A DNA stretch of 64,000 nt from Candidatus Marinacidobacterales bacterium (GTDB taxonomy: Bacteria; Acidobacteriota; Vicinamibacteria; Marinacidobacterales; DATDRI01), in contig CBDCNP010000002.1 of assembly GCA_965219415.1 (NCBI GenBank), positions 4,032,001 to 4,096,000 of the forward strand. Reading direction: 5' to 3'. The notes beneath the pieces were generated by a model, which saw only the letters and a list, made by a program, of their open reading frames with translations, was not told the origin of the DNA and did no database searches. Positions 10,851-20,671 of the stretch are shown piece after piece. Each line of letters begins with the position of its first letter. The first letter of the stretch is position 1. The position numbers and the translations under genes were made by a program.

Positions 10851-12047
10851 ATGCCTCGTGTGATAGTAGTTATTTCATTAATGGCTGCGCTGGTGGGTTG
10901 TGCGGCGCCCGAGCCGGTGACTTTCGACGTCGACATTCATCAAGTTCCCAAGGTCGTCTACGCAGCCACCCAAGGCACTTACCGTGCGCCGGCCGACGAT
11001 CCGAAGAGGGCACACGCCTACACCCAAAACCTCACGTGGTTGTTTCACCTGGTGCTCAAATCGAACGAGTCGGAACCGCTCCAAGTCGTGCGGGTGAACG
11101 CGGACTTCGAGAGAGCGGGCGAGACGGTTTGGGAGGAGACTTTTTCGCGAAACTACATGCTGCGGACGGAGTGGATCGAGGGGGCGTTCGACGACACCAC
11201 CAAGTACTTCATGGACAACATCGAGTTTCGGGAACACCGTATGGCGTCCCTCGAGCGGCCCACCGGGCCAGAACTGCCTCCAGGCGAGCCCGTTTCTTGG
11301 GTGCGCATTCCGTTCGGCCGTCCTTGGCACGCGGAGGTGGACAGCGTCCAAATGACGTTCTGGTTGAAGTCGGAGAGTGGTCGCGAGGGTATCGCGCGAC
11401 ATACCGTACCCATCGTCAACTACCGTCAGAAAGTAACGCTCCGCCTTCCGTTCGAAAGTACTTGGTCGATCAGTGCGGGGAACGATCTGATCACCGGCCA
11501 TCGGCGTACGGGGATCAACTCCTTGACGATGTACGGCTGGGACATCACGAAGCTCGGTCCCAACGGACTCCCGTACAAGACCGATGGCAAGACCCCGGCG
11601 GACTACTGGTGCTACGACGAGCCGGTCTACGCCGCGGGCGACGGGGTCGCGGTGCATGTGCGGAACGACATCGAGGACTACGGGGTCGGCGAGACCCCGC
11701 CGCGTGAGGTGCTGGAAAACGATGGAGACGTCTTTTCCGGCAATTTGGTCGTTCTCGACCATGGCAACGGCGAGTACTCGCTGACGTGTCACATGCAGAG
11801 CGGCACGGTACCGATTAAAGTGGGCGATGAGGTGAAGGCCGGTCAACTCCTCGGCCGTGTCGGCAACTCGGGGCTCGCCCAGTACCCCCACATCCACTTC
11901 AACCTGATGGACGAAGAGCGATGGCTCGAGGCCAAAGGCCTGCCCTCGCTCTTCTCCGGCTTCGAAAAAATCCGTATGGCGGGAGACCCGATGGCGTTCG
12001 AGCTGGGCAATCCCATGACCGGGTGGCTGGTCCGCCCACGAAAGTAA
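10851..12047 (+). CDS. M23 family metallopeptidase, lipoprotein
   Basis: LVGC lipobox, GNLVVLDHG, VGNSG, PHIHF. Confidence 0.88.
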   Translation: MPRVIVVISLMAALVGCAAPEPVTFDVDIHQVPKVVYAATQGTYRAPADDPKRAHAYTQNLTWLFHLVLKSNESEPLQVVRVNADFERAGETVWEETFSRNYMLRTEWIEGAFDDTTKYFMDNIEFREHRMASLERPTGPELPPGEPVSWVRIPFGRPWHAEVDSVQMTFWLKSESGREGIARHTVPIVNYRQKVTLRLPFESTWSISAGNDLITGHRRTGINSLTMYGWDITKLGPNGLPYKTDGKTPADYWCYDEPVYAAGDGVAVHVRNDIEDYGVGETPPREVLENDGDVFSGNLVVLDHGNGEYSLTCHMQSGTVPIKVGDEVKAGQLLGRVGNSGLAQYPHIHFNLMDEERWLEAKGLPSLFSGFEKIRMAGDPMAFELGNPMTGWLVRPRK

Positions 12048-12060
12048 GGAGTCCCAAAAA

Positions 12061-13467
12061 ATGAAGCACTCGACAATCCTGTTTCGATGGCTAGCCGTCC
12101 TCTTTGCTGCGGCGCTGGCTTTCTCCGCAGTCGCCGAAGCGCAGTACGGCACTCAGAGCCTGGAAGGGCTCGAGACGACCGACGATCCCCGGCGAGTCCC
12201 CATTCCACCTCGGGATCGTTCCAACGATTCCGTCCTCGTGGTACGGGGCGGCACGCTCATCGACGGAACCGGTGCCGATCCGATTTCGAACGCGGTGTTG
12301 GTGATCAAGGGCGATCGTATTTTGGACGTCGGTCCGGCGGGACAGGTGTCGATCCCGAGCAATGTGGCTCGCACCGTAGACGTCAACGGTCTCTATGTCA
12401 TGCCCGGTCTCGTCGATCTGCACATGCACTTCAACCAGCAATGGGGCGATGACTTCTCTCGCTACCGGGACTCCGATGCGGCGAGGGCCATTCGCGGCGT
12501 GGTCAAGCTCGGTCAGTTCTTGGACGGCGGCATCACCGCGGTGCGTGACGCGGGGACTAACAACGACGTTGCACTCAAGCTCAAAGAAGCCGTTGAACGT
12601 CGTATGGTGGATGGCCCGCGCGTCTTCTGGAGCGGCAAGAGCATATCTATCCGAGGCGGACACGGCGACGAGACGACCTCTACCGCGACCGGAAGGCCAA
12701 AGAGCACCGGCCCGAGATCCAACCGTCGCGTCGCAACTGGGGCCGACGACTGGCGGCTTGCGGTGCGGGAGCAAATCCGTAATCACGCGGATTGGATCAA
12801 GATCATGGCTCCCTATACGCGTGAGGAAGTGACTGCGGCGATCGACGAGGCCCATATGCATGGAATCCGCGTCGCGGCGGACGCCTTCGGGGACTACATC
12901 ATCTGGGCCGCCGAGGCCGGGCTCGACTCCCTCGAACATCCTCTCGACATGGACGATGACGACGTTGCGGCAATGGCCAAGTATGGGACCGATTTCGTGC
13001 CGACCATCACCGCTTTCTACAACGTCATCAACTACGGCTATGCGTCCGCGGGGATACCAGCCAGCGGTTTCTACTACACGATGTCGCGCCGCTATCCGGT
13101 CACCAACGAGAACATCTTGTCGCCGGTGACGAAAGCGCGTGCGGCGGGGATCAAGATCGGTGTAGGCTCGGACATTCCTTTCGAGAACGACACCCGCTAT
13201 CCGGATGACTACTTCGTGGAGCTCGATCTTCTGAAGAAGGCAGGACTCACCGACGCGGAGATTGTGGCGAGCGCGACGAGCGTGGGAGCGGACATCCTGG
13301 GCATGGGGGACAAACTCGGGACGCTGCAAAAGGGTAAGCTCGCCGACGTGCTGGTGGTGGCGGCCAACCCGTTGCGCAACATCAAGAATGTGCGCCAGAT
13401 GCGCATGGTCATCGTCGACGGGCGCGTGGTGCGCGACAAGCTGGGTGGTGGCTCGACCGACCGTTAG
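12061..13467 (+). CDS. Exported amidohydrolase, paralog of 2715..4133
   Basis: Shares AQYGxQSLEGLxTTDD, RRVPIPPRDRSND and DLHxHF with 2715..4133. Confidence 0.9.
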   Translation: MKHSTILFRWLAVLFAAALAFSAVAEAQYGTQSLEGLETTDDPRRVPIPPRDRSNDSVLVVRGGTLIDGTGADPISNAVLVIKGDRILDVGPAGQVSIPSNVARTVDVNGLYVMPGLVDLHMHFNQQWGDDFSRYRDSDAARAIRGVVKLGQFLDGGITAVRDAGTNNDVALKLKEAVERRMVDGPRVFWSGKSISIRGGHGDETTSTATGRPKSTGPRSNRRVATGADDWRLAVREQIRNHADWIKIMAPYTREEVTAAIDEAHMHGIRVAADAFGDYIIWAAEAGLDSLEHPLDMDDDDVAAMAKYGTDFVPTITAFYNVINYGYASAGIPASGFYYTMSRRYPVTNENILSPVTKARAAGIKIGVGSDIPFENDTRYPDDYFVELDLLKKAGLTDAEIVASATSVGADILGMGDKLGTLQKGKLADVLVVAANPLRNIKNVRQMRMVIVDGRVVRDKLGGGSTDR

Positions 13468-13484
13468 GGTAACATTCGAGGACC

Positions 13485-13679
13485 ATGCGGACGGTCAGTC
13501 CTAAACATCCCAAGGATCAGGAGCCTCCTCGCACGCTAGGGGACGACTTGAGGCTCCTTCGCCGCATCTTCTTGACCGGCTATGGCTACTTCGTCGACGG
13601 CCGGAGGATTCGTAAGGAGTTCTACGAGAAGCAGCGGCTGAAGGAGAAGATCTACATCGACGAGATCGACTGGATATGA
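13485..13679 (+). CDS. Small hypothetical protein (64 aa) coupled to the reductive dehalogenase-domain gene
   Basis: GAGG RBS-like motif upstream; ATGA overlap with 13676. Confidence 0.65.
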   Translation: MRTVSPKHPKDQEPPRTLGDDLRLLRRIFLTGYGYFVDGRRIRKEFYEKQRLKEKIYIDEIDWI

Positions 13680-14647
13680 GCTTCAAGACCGTAGACGTCA
13701 GCTCCCATACCACGCTGGCCTATCGTCACCAGCCGAAATCGGGCAACACGATCAACGGCCTGGGTGAGAAGGAGTGGCGCCAGGCATCTCACGTGTTCCA
13801 CAACGACGGCGATGACGTCCTGCCCTGGGATCGACTCGACAACCTCTTTGCCTACGTCAATCCTTGGCAAGTTGTCATCCGCATCATGCGCAACATCTGG
13901 CACTTGAGGAAGTCGGTGGGCCCCACCGCGAAGGCGCAACGGGCGGTTGAAGACCCCGCGGCTATGACTCAGGAGATCAAGGAGCGGGCGAAGGCCTTGG
14001 GCGCAGGCTTGGTGGGAGTGACACGCATCAAACCGGGCCACGTTTACCAAGGCCAGGAGGTCCCGTACCAAAACGCCATTGCCATCGGCGTGGTGATGGA
14101 CCGTGACAAGATGAAAGAAGTCCCGGGCGTCGTCTCCGCGACGGAGGTGATGCGTATCTACGCCGAAGTCGGGCGCATCACGTCTCAGCTATCGGAAGCG
14201 ATCCGTGCGATGGGTTGGCCGGCGCGCGCCTACGGCAACCCCAATAGCGGCGACCTGCTCCACATCCCGGTGTCCATCGACTCCGGCTTCGGCCAGCTCG
14301 GGAAGCACGGTTCGCTGATCTCTAAGGAGTACGGGTCGAACTTCCGCCTGGGAACGGTGGTCACCGATCTTCCTTTGGTGCCCGACGAGCCGGTGGACAT
14401 CGCGGTCGACGATCTGTGCACGCGGTGCAACGTATGCGTGCGCGAATGCCCGGTGGACGCCATCTACCAGGAGAAACAGCCGGTGCGCGGCGCCGAGAAG
14501 TGGTACGTGGATTTCGACAAGTGCATCTACTACTTTACCGAGACCGCCGGTTGTGGGATCTGCATCGAAGTCTGTCCCTGGAGTGAAGAGGGTAAAGGCC
14601 CCTGGCTGTCGGAGAAGCTTTTGGCGAAACGGGGCAACGGCGGCTAA
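13676..14647 (+). CDS. Reductive dehalogenase-domain (RdhA/QueG superfamily) 2x[4Fe-4S] protein
   Basis: GFGQLGKHGSLISKEYGSNFRLGTVVTDLPL, CTRCNVCVRECP, KWYVDFDKC, CGICIEVCPW. Confidence 0.8.
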   Translation: MSFKTVDVSSHTTLAYRHQPKSGNTINGLGEKEWRQASHVFHNDGDDVLPWDRLDNLFAYVNPWQVVIRIMRNIWHLRKSVGPTAKAQRAVEDPAAMTQEIKERAKALGAGLVGVTRIKPGHVYQGQEVPYQNAIAIGVVMDRDKMKEVPGVVSATEVMRIYAEVGRITSQLSEAIRAMGWPARAYGNPNSGDLLHIPVSIDSGFGQLGKHGSLISKEYGSNFRLGTVVTDLPLVPDEPVDIAVDDLCTRCNVCVRECPVDAIYQEKQPVRGAEKWYVDFDKCIYYFTETAGCGICIEVCPWSEEGKGPWLSEKLLAKRGNGG

Positions 14648-15885
14648 CTCGGATCGGGTCGGCGGCGCGTGGCCAGAATCCCCATGAGGCCGACCGCCAT
14701 CAACAGCAAGACCATCAACGCCGCGAGCATGGCCCGGTACGAACCCATCCAGTCGAAAGCGAATCCCATGATAGCCGGGCCGCTCATCCAGCCGACGACG
14801 TTGATCGCAATGACGACCCCGTAGATCTCTCCGAACGTTTTCAGCCCGAAAAACCGCGTCACCAAGTAAGGGATCGCGGTGTCGGCACTAGCCGCGAAGC
14901 CGATGACGAATGCCGCTAGGAACGCGAGCGCTCCACTGACCTCGTTCCAAAGGAGAAAGACGCCCACGAGAGCGAGCGCGAAAAACGTCATCGCGACCCG
15001 CGGTGCGAAGAACCGATCGATCAAGTAGCCGACGGTGATGCGCCCCACCATTGCCGCTCCACCTAGGACGGAGGTCGCCAAGGCCGCGATCTGGGCGGTG
15101 ACCCCTCGGTCGGTCAACATCGGAACCAAGTGGGTCATGCAACCCACGATCGCGGTCGACGCGAGCAGGAAGGGGGTCACGATGAGCCAGAAAGTTGGGC
15201 TGCGGATCGCCTCTCGCCAACTCATCGCCGCCTGAGACTCTTCGGTTGGTTTCGTCGGTGTCGATTCGGTAGGTGGCTGGCCGTCGGGCGTGAAGCCCAT
15301 CGACTCCGGGTTGTTGCGTAGCAGAAGGGCCACGATGGGGATGCCGATGACCACCGGCATCAACCCGAGGACCGCATACGTCTGCCGCCAGCCGACCGCG
15401 TCGACCAGGAACTGCGCCAGTGAGGGCATCGCAAAGGCGCTCAACCCGTTGCCGGTGAGTGCGAGCCCGATCGCGAGCCCGCGGCGTTTGTTGAACCATC
15501 GGCCGAGTACTCCCATGTAGGCGATGGACGTGGTGCCGCCGGCGACCACTCCCATGATCAAGAACACGGCGTAAAAGTGCGCGAGCTTCGAGGTCAGCAT
15601 TGATAGGGACGCGAAGCTCAGCCCGAAAATGAGCAACGCGGGGAGGATGACTCTGCGGGCACCGAACCGGTCGAGAATACGGCCGACGAACGGCTGCGCC
15701 GCCGCGAACGCGAACATCGATAGAGAAAAGGCCAGCGAGATCTGGCCGCGGGTCCAATCGAACTCGCCGCTCAACTGGACGAGGAAGACACCGAATGTAT
15801 AGGTTGTGATGGGATTGCCCGACACGAAGAGGCCGACCGCCGCGGCGAGGACGATCCACCAACCGTAGAAGGTCTTCCCGCTCAT
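14644..15885 (-). CDS. MFS transporter (OFA/MCT-like)
   Basis: FYGWWIV N-terminus, GRILDRFGAR motif A, about 12 hydrophobic segments. Confidence 0.9.
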   Translation of the reverse strand: MSGKTFYGWWIVLAAAVGLFVSGNPITTYTFGVFLVQLSGEFDWTRGQISLAFSLSMFAFAAAQPFVGRILDRFGARRVILPALLIFGLSFASLSMLTSKLAHFYAVFLIMGVVAGGTTSIAYMGVLGRWFNKRRGLAIGLALTGNGLSAFAMPSLAQFLVDAVGWRQTYAVLGLMPVVIGIPIVALLLRNNPESMGFTPDGQPPTESTPTKPTEESQAAMSWREAIRSPTFWLIVTPFLLASTAIVGCMTHLVPMLTDRGVTAQIAALATSVLGGAAMVGRITVGYLIDRFFAPRVAMTFFALALVGVFLLWNEVSGALAFLAAFVIGFAASADTAIPYLVTRFFGLKTFGEIYGVVIAINVVGWMSGPAIMGFAFDWMGSYRAMLAALMVLLLMAVGLMGILATRRRPDPS

Positions 15886-16871
15886 GTGCGGAAGTGGGGG
15901 AGGATCTCTTCGCCGGCGATTCGGATCGACTTCTCGAGGTTTTCGGCGCTGATGCCGTGGAATCCCATGAGCAGTATGAGGTGATCGGGGTGGTAGCGAT
16001 CCCGATAGCTCTCAATCTTGCGGATGCAGGCCTCGGGGTCGCCGATGATCGAGGCTTCGCGCGCGTTGTCGAGCGCGGTGGTGTTGATGACGTCTTCTCC
16101 TTTGAGAATCCCCCAATCGCGCTTTCTCTGGAAGTGTGCCCCGAGGAGCTCCTCCACCGCTTGCGTTTCCTTCGGGTCGTGGCTGGTATGAAAGGCCCTC
16201 ATCATGGCGATGGTTCCCTTCGTGCGGTAGGTGTCGACGGATTCTCGGAAGAGGCCGAATCGAGTTTCTAAGAGAGAACCGAAGACCTCGGGCGGAATGA
16301 TCCAGCCGTCGGAGAGTCGCCCCGCCCTCTTGACGGCTCGCAGCGCATAGGCTCCGATTAGGATCGGTGGCCTTGGTTTCTGGGTTGGCGCGGGGTTGAT
16401 AGTGGCGTTTTCGATCTTGAAGTGGCTACCCGCGTAGTTGGCCGGCGCTTCCTCCCAGAGGTGTCGGATGACTTCGATCGATTCCTCGAAGCGCTCGATG
16501 ACGTCTTCTTTACGAATGCCGGCGGCCGCGAACTCTTCGTCGCGATAGCCGAGCCCCGCTCCCAGGATGAAGCCGCCTTCGGTCATCGCATCTATCGTGG
16601 CTCCATGCTCGGCAACGTCCACCGGATTCAACATGGGAAGAAGGATCACCGAGGTCCCCATTTGCATTCCAGGAGCCGCCGCCGCGGCGCGTGCCGCGAG
16701 GGTGAGTGGCTGAAACAAGCAGAAGCGATCGGCCATGAAGTGTTGTCCCGACCAGAACGAGCGAAAACCATGCTTCGAAGCCAGCTCGATGAGTCCGAGA
16801 AAGCCCTTGATGGCGGTGGCGGGGAGTGCGCCTAGAACGGCGGGCTGCGAGAACTGAATACCGAAATCCAT
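15882..16871 (-). CDS. LLM-class flavin-dependent oxidoreductase
   Basis: Start MDFGIQF; GAGLGYRDEEF, PTQKPRPPILIGA, KRAGRLSDGW. Confidence 0.88.
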   Translation of the reverse strand: MDFGIQFSQPAVLGALPATAIKGFLGLIELASKHGFRSFWSGQHFMADRFCLFQPLTLAARAAAAAPGMQMGTSVILLPMLNPVDVAEHGATIDAMTEGGFILGAGLGYRDEEFAAAGIRKEDVIERFEESIEVIRHLWEEAPANYAGSHFKIENATINPAPTQKPRPPILIGAYALRAVKRAGRLSDGWIIPPEVFGSLLETRFGLFRESVDTYRTKGTIAMMRAFHTSHDPKETQAVEELLGAHFQRKRDWGILKGEDVINTTALDNAREASIIGDPEACIRKIESYRDRYHPDHLILLMGFHGISAENLEKSIRIAGEEILPHFRT

Positions 16872-16882
16872 TGTGACCTCTC

Positions 16883-18289
16883 TTAGAAGAACGAGCGGAG
16901 GTAGTCGTAAACGGAAGTCACCCCCGCGCCGAACAACAGGATGGCGGCAACCCAGAGCGCGACCTTGAGTGCGCCGCCCATTTTGAATGCGCCGGGCAAG
17001 AAGCGGTGGTCCACCCACAACATCGTGAAGCACCACAAGCCCGCCGCGAGGAGGCCCCCGAGAAGCACGGAGGGCGTGAGGATGGCGACCGGATCCCAAC
17101 CGGTCCAAATGAGGAGCACGCCGCTGGTGACGGCGTAGATGACAACAAAGAGCCGGAACGTTCGGAGCGGAGTCGCCGCCAACTTCGGGGTCGTCACTCG
17201 CCCGCATTCGAATAACGCACGCGTGTGAAGCTCGATGGCTCCATAGATGGTGCCGAAGAAGACCATGATGATTCCGATGACGTAAAGGGGGAACAAAGAC
17301 GGATGAAGCTCCGTCAAGAAGCGAGCTTGTACGGTCAGTAGGGCCGGCCCCGCCGGCACCGCGTGTTCGGGTGCGAGAAGCACCGCACCGAGCACCAAGA
17401 AGACGATGGTGAAGAGGGTAACGAATGCAAAGGAGACCAGCGTGTCCAAACGCGGCGCTCGCAGCCAATGGAGGCCCTTGGCGATTTCCTCGTCGGCTGG
17501 AGACGGAGGATTCTCGATCGGTGTGCCGGAAGAGGTCGGGCTCGCGAGTCCCCAGCGTTTATCGCGGATGAAGCTCAAGTAGGCGGTGTAATCGACCGCG
17601 TTACCACCGATGATCCCCGCGGCGGTCATGATCTCGACCCAAGGGGGTCGCGCGGCAATAGCGGGGTAGCTTTCTCGAATCCAGTCCGGGTAGTCGGGCA
17701 GAGAGATAACAAAGATGCCCTCGAGGATGGCCCAGACGTCCGGCCGGACGGCTAGAAAGGCCGCCACGATGAAGGCAGCGAACAAGAACGAGATGGCGGT
17801 CATCGTCCACTCGAGCGCTCGATAGGAGCTTCGGAGTGCCAAGATCGCACAGCCGACCAGAATCAGACTCGCCAACAGGCTCACAGTGTCGTCGTATCGT
17901 GGCGTGTCGACCTTGAACAAGGACGCGATGAGGGTGGCCAGGAATTTCGGAAGGGCGGAGAACATGCTGGGAATGGTGATCAAACTGACGATGATCATGA
18001 GGATGGGAAACCAAGCTCGCGGCCCTCTCATACGTACCCAGTAATCCACCGGATGGAGCCCGGTCAGGGTCATGACCCGCATCGTGGTATAGACCTGGAT
18101 TCCCTTCAGCACGCCGCCCAGAACGAAGCACCACAAAAGCGCGTAGCCGAAGATCGCGCCTCCTCGCGAAGCGAAGACCGTCTCGCCGCCACCGATGGTG
18201 ACCGATGCGACGATGGCGCCCGGGCCGTAGAACTTGAGGTGTCGGAAGGGGTTCTTGGAGAGGAGTGCCCGGGGAACGTCGGGAAACAT
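16883..18289 (-). CDS. NRAMP/YcsG-like transporter
   Basis: GPGAIVASVTIGGGE..GAIFGYALLW, multiple TM segments. Confidence 0.85.
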   Translation of the reverse strand: MFPDVPRALLSKNPFRHLKFYGPGAIVASVTIGGGETVFASRGGAIFGYALLWCFVLGGVLKGIQVYTTMRVMTLTGLHPVDYWVRMRGPRAWFPILMIIVSLITIPSMFSALPKFLATLIASLFKVDTPRYDDTVSLLASLILVGCAILALRSSYRALEWTMTAISFLFAAFIVAAFLAVRPDVWAILEGIFVISLPDYPDWIRESYPAIAARPPWVEIMTAAGIIGGNAVDYTAYLSFIRDKRWGLASPTSSGTPIENPPSPADEEIAKGLHWLRAPRLDTLVSFAFVTLFTIVFLVLGAVLLAPEHAVPAGPALLTVQARFLTELHPSLFPLYVIGIIMVFFGTIYGAIELHTRALFECGRVTTPKLAATPLRTFRLFVVIYAVTSGVLLIWTGWDPVAILTPSVLLGGLLAAGLWCFTMLWVDHRFLPGAFKMGGALKVALWVAAILLFGAGVTSVYDYLRSFF

Positions 18290-18381
18290 CTGACCTCTTT
18301 AACAGATTCCAAAAGCCAAGTCCACAAAACGAGAATCGATATAAGATACGGACGCCGAAACCGGTTAATAGGAGGTTGATC

Positions 18382-20562
18382 ATGGGTCGCCTGCAGAGCC
18401 TGCAAAGATTGCGGAGATTGATGTTCCTGAGTATGGCGTTCGCGGTGGTGGCGGGGTCGCTGCCGGCTGAAGAGCTCACCATCGAGCGCATCACCTCGCC
18501 GCCCTACTTGAGTGGTACCTCGCCGGTGCGGCCCACCTGGTCGCCCGATGGGTCGCAGCTCGCGTTCCTGTGGAACGATAAGGCGCAGGCGGCGCGGGAT
18601 GTCTGGGTGGTGGGAGCTGTCGAAGGCCCGCCGCGGCAGGTGACCGATTTCGGGAACGCCGGTGTGTCAGAAGTCGTCTGGACGCCGAACGGGAAGCGTC
18701 TCATGGTGGTCTCGGGCGGCAGCCTCTACCGGATCGATCAGGACGGGACGGGGCTCACCGACCTTGGGGCTTCGGGTCGCTCTGTCATGTTCTCACCGGA
18801 CGGCAAGTTCCTGTCCTTCATCAAGGACGGTGACCTTTGGCTGTGGAATGAGAACCATGAGCTCGTTCGTGCGACGCGTCTGGCGAAGCCCAAGATTGGG
18901 AACTCGATCCTGAACACCTGTTGCGGGTCGGGTTTTTCTCGCCCCGACGTCGAGGTGAGCGGTTACCGGTGGTCGCCCGATGGCCGCTATATTGCACTCC
19001 GGATCGATGACCGGAGCCGGATGCGGGAGATCCTCATTCCCAACTACTTGGGGGAGGAAACGGTCGCCGATCGCGTCCGCCGTGACTACCCGGGAGACAA
19101 CGATCACTCCCGCGAGCTGGCCATTTACTCCGCTCGGAGCGGTAAGCTACGCAAGGTCGAGCTGCCCGACGACACCGATCGCGGCGTCGCCAACTTCAGG
19201 TGGTCGCCCGATGGCAATCACCTTCTCGTCGATCAGTACCCGCAAAACGCCGAAGATCGCTGGCTCTTCCTCGCCAACCCCGAAGATGGGTCTCTTCGAG
19301 AGCTCTGGCACGATCACCGGGCGACGCGCGTTTCATCGGCCTGGAACTCCACGTGGCGGAGCGATGGTGAGGGGATCGTTTTCATCTCCGACAAAGATGG
19401 TCGGCATCATTTGTATTCGCTCGGCCTTGAGGGTGGTTCAGCGAAACGGCTCACCGACGGCGAATGGAGTGTGGTGGGAGAATCCGGTGCGGCCTTCCTG
19501 TGGACATCCCCTCGCACCAAGGAAGTTTTCTTTGTCTCCACTCAGGAGAGCCTGTATGAGCGGCACGTCTACCGGATGAACGAGAATGGAGGAAGCATCC
19601 GGAAGATCACCTCGACTCCCGGTGTCCATCATCCCTATCCGTCTCCCGACGGCTCGAAAGTGGCGGTTCTCCACTCGAACGACCTAATGCCGACCGAGCT
19701 TTATATCGCCGACTCGGAAGGTGGCTCGGAGCGCCGCATCACGAATTCCCCTCCCGCGGAGTTCGCTAAATACGACTGGGTCGAGCCCCGGTACGTTACC
19801 TTCAAGAGCCACTTGGACGGTGTGACGCTTCATGGTCGTCTCCTCGAGCCGCCCAACTTGGACAAGTCGAAGAAGCACCCTGTCATCTTCGGGCCGGTCT
19901 ATCCCAATTCGGTGCGCAAGCGATGGGGGGACAAACAAATCTTCCGCGGACTGTACAGCTTGATCCAACAGTATTTCGTGCTCGAGGGGGGCTACATCGT
20001 CTTCCAAGTCGACACCCGCGGTAGCTACGGGCACGGCAGGCCGTTTCGGGAAGCGCTCATCCGGGACTATGGCGGCATCGACATCGAAGATCTGTATAGC
20101 GGTCTCGAGTATCTGACGACGTTGCCCTACGCGGACACCGAGCGTGTCGGCATGTGGGGGAGTAGTTATGGCGGTTTGATGACCGCGATGAGCCTCTTCA
20201 AAAAACCCGGCGTCTACAAGGCCGGCGTTGCCAGTGCTCCCGCCACCAACGTGTGGCATGCCATGACCGGCCAAGTGAATGTCGCCGGGCGACCGAACAC
20301 CCACCCCGAGGTCTACAAAAAGGTCTCTGCCTACAGTTACGGCGAGGATCTAGAAGATCACCTGATGATCATTCATGGGATGGGGGACAGTGTCGTGTTG
20401 TTCAAGGACTCGATCGCGCTCGCCGAGAAGCTGATGCAGCTAGGGAAGGACTTCGAGTTCGTGGTGATACCGAACTCCCCCCACGAATGGACGGTCAAGG
20501 ACTACAACGCGCGGTTTGGCATGACGCGATTAGCCGAACACTTCGACCGTTACCTAAAGTAA
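18382..20562 (+). CDS. S9 family (DPP IV-like) peptidase, paralog of 5605..7884
   Basis: AGGAGG RBS, GSSYGG, HGMGD, shared WVEPRYVTFKS and HGRLLEPPNLD. Confidence 0.92.
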   Translation: MGRLQSLQRLRRLMFLSMAFAVVAGSLPAEELTIERITSPPYLSGTSPVRPTWSPDGSQLAFLWNDKAQAARDVWVVGAVEGPPRQVTDFGNAGVSEVVWTPNGKRLMVVSGGSLYRIDQDGTGLTDLGASGRSVMFSPDGKFLSFIKDGDLWLWNENHELVRATRLAKPKIGNSILNTCCGSGFSRPDVEVSGYRWSPDGRYIALRIDDRSRMREILIPNYLGEETVADRVRRDYPGDNDHSRELAIYSARSGKLRKVELPDDTDRGVANFRWSPDGNHLLVDQYPQNAEDRWLFLANPEDGSLRELWHDHRATRVSSAWNSTWRSDGEGIVFISDKDGRHHLYSLGLEGGSAKRLTDGEWSVVGESGAAFLWTSPRTKEVFFVSTQESLYERHVYRMNENGGSIRKITSTPGVHHPYPSPDGSKVAVLHSNDLMPTELYIADSEGGSERRITNSPPAEFAKYDWVEPRYVTFKSHLDGVTLHGRLLEPPNLDKSKKHPVIFGPVYPNSVRKRWGDKQIFRGLYSLIQQYFVLEGGYIVFQVDTRGSYGHGRPFREALIRDYGGIDIEDLYSGLEYLTTLPYADTERVGMWGSSYGGLMTAMSLFKKPGVYKAGVASAPATNVWHAMTGQVNVAGRPNTHPEVYKKVSAYSYGEDLEDHLMIIHGMGDSVVLFKDSIALAEKLMQLGKDFEFVVIPNSPHEWTVKDYNARFGMTRLAEHFDRYLK

Positions 20563-20563
20563 C

Positions 20564-20650
20564 GGGGGTCAGATCCAAAAATATAACAGAAAATATAACA
20601 GGGGTCTGATCCAAAAGTGTGCACCATGCACGTTTTTGGATCAGACCCCC
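20564..20650. repeat. REP-like GGGGTCWGATCCAAAA repeats forming a hairpin between convergent genes
   Basis: Two direct copies and one inverted copy (20601-20649 hairpin), plus tandem AAAATATAACAG x2. Confidence 0.65.
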
Positions 20651-20671
20651 GGTTATTTGCTTTGAAAGCAG

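Noticed and set aside
4349-13329. Long antisense ORFs (366, 574, 424 and 412 aa)
   Set aside because: Shadows of well-supported plus-strand genes in high-GC DNA, with no recognisable motifs
13677-13679. TGA of the 64-aa ORF as a third Sec codon
   Set aside because: It is an ATGA stop/start overlap and the next gene is in another frame
16872-17468. N-terminal extension of the 528-aa LLM ORF
   Set aside because: Overlaps the NRAMP-like gene; the family-like sequence begins at MDFGIQF (16871)
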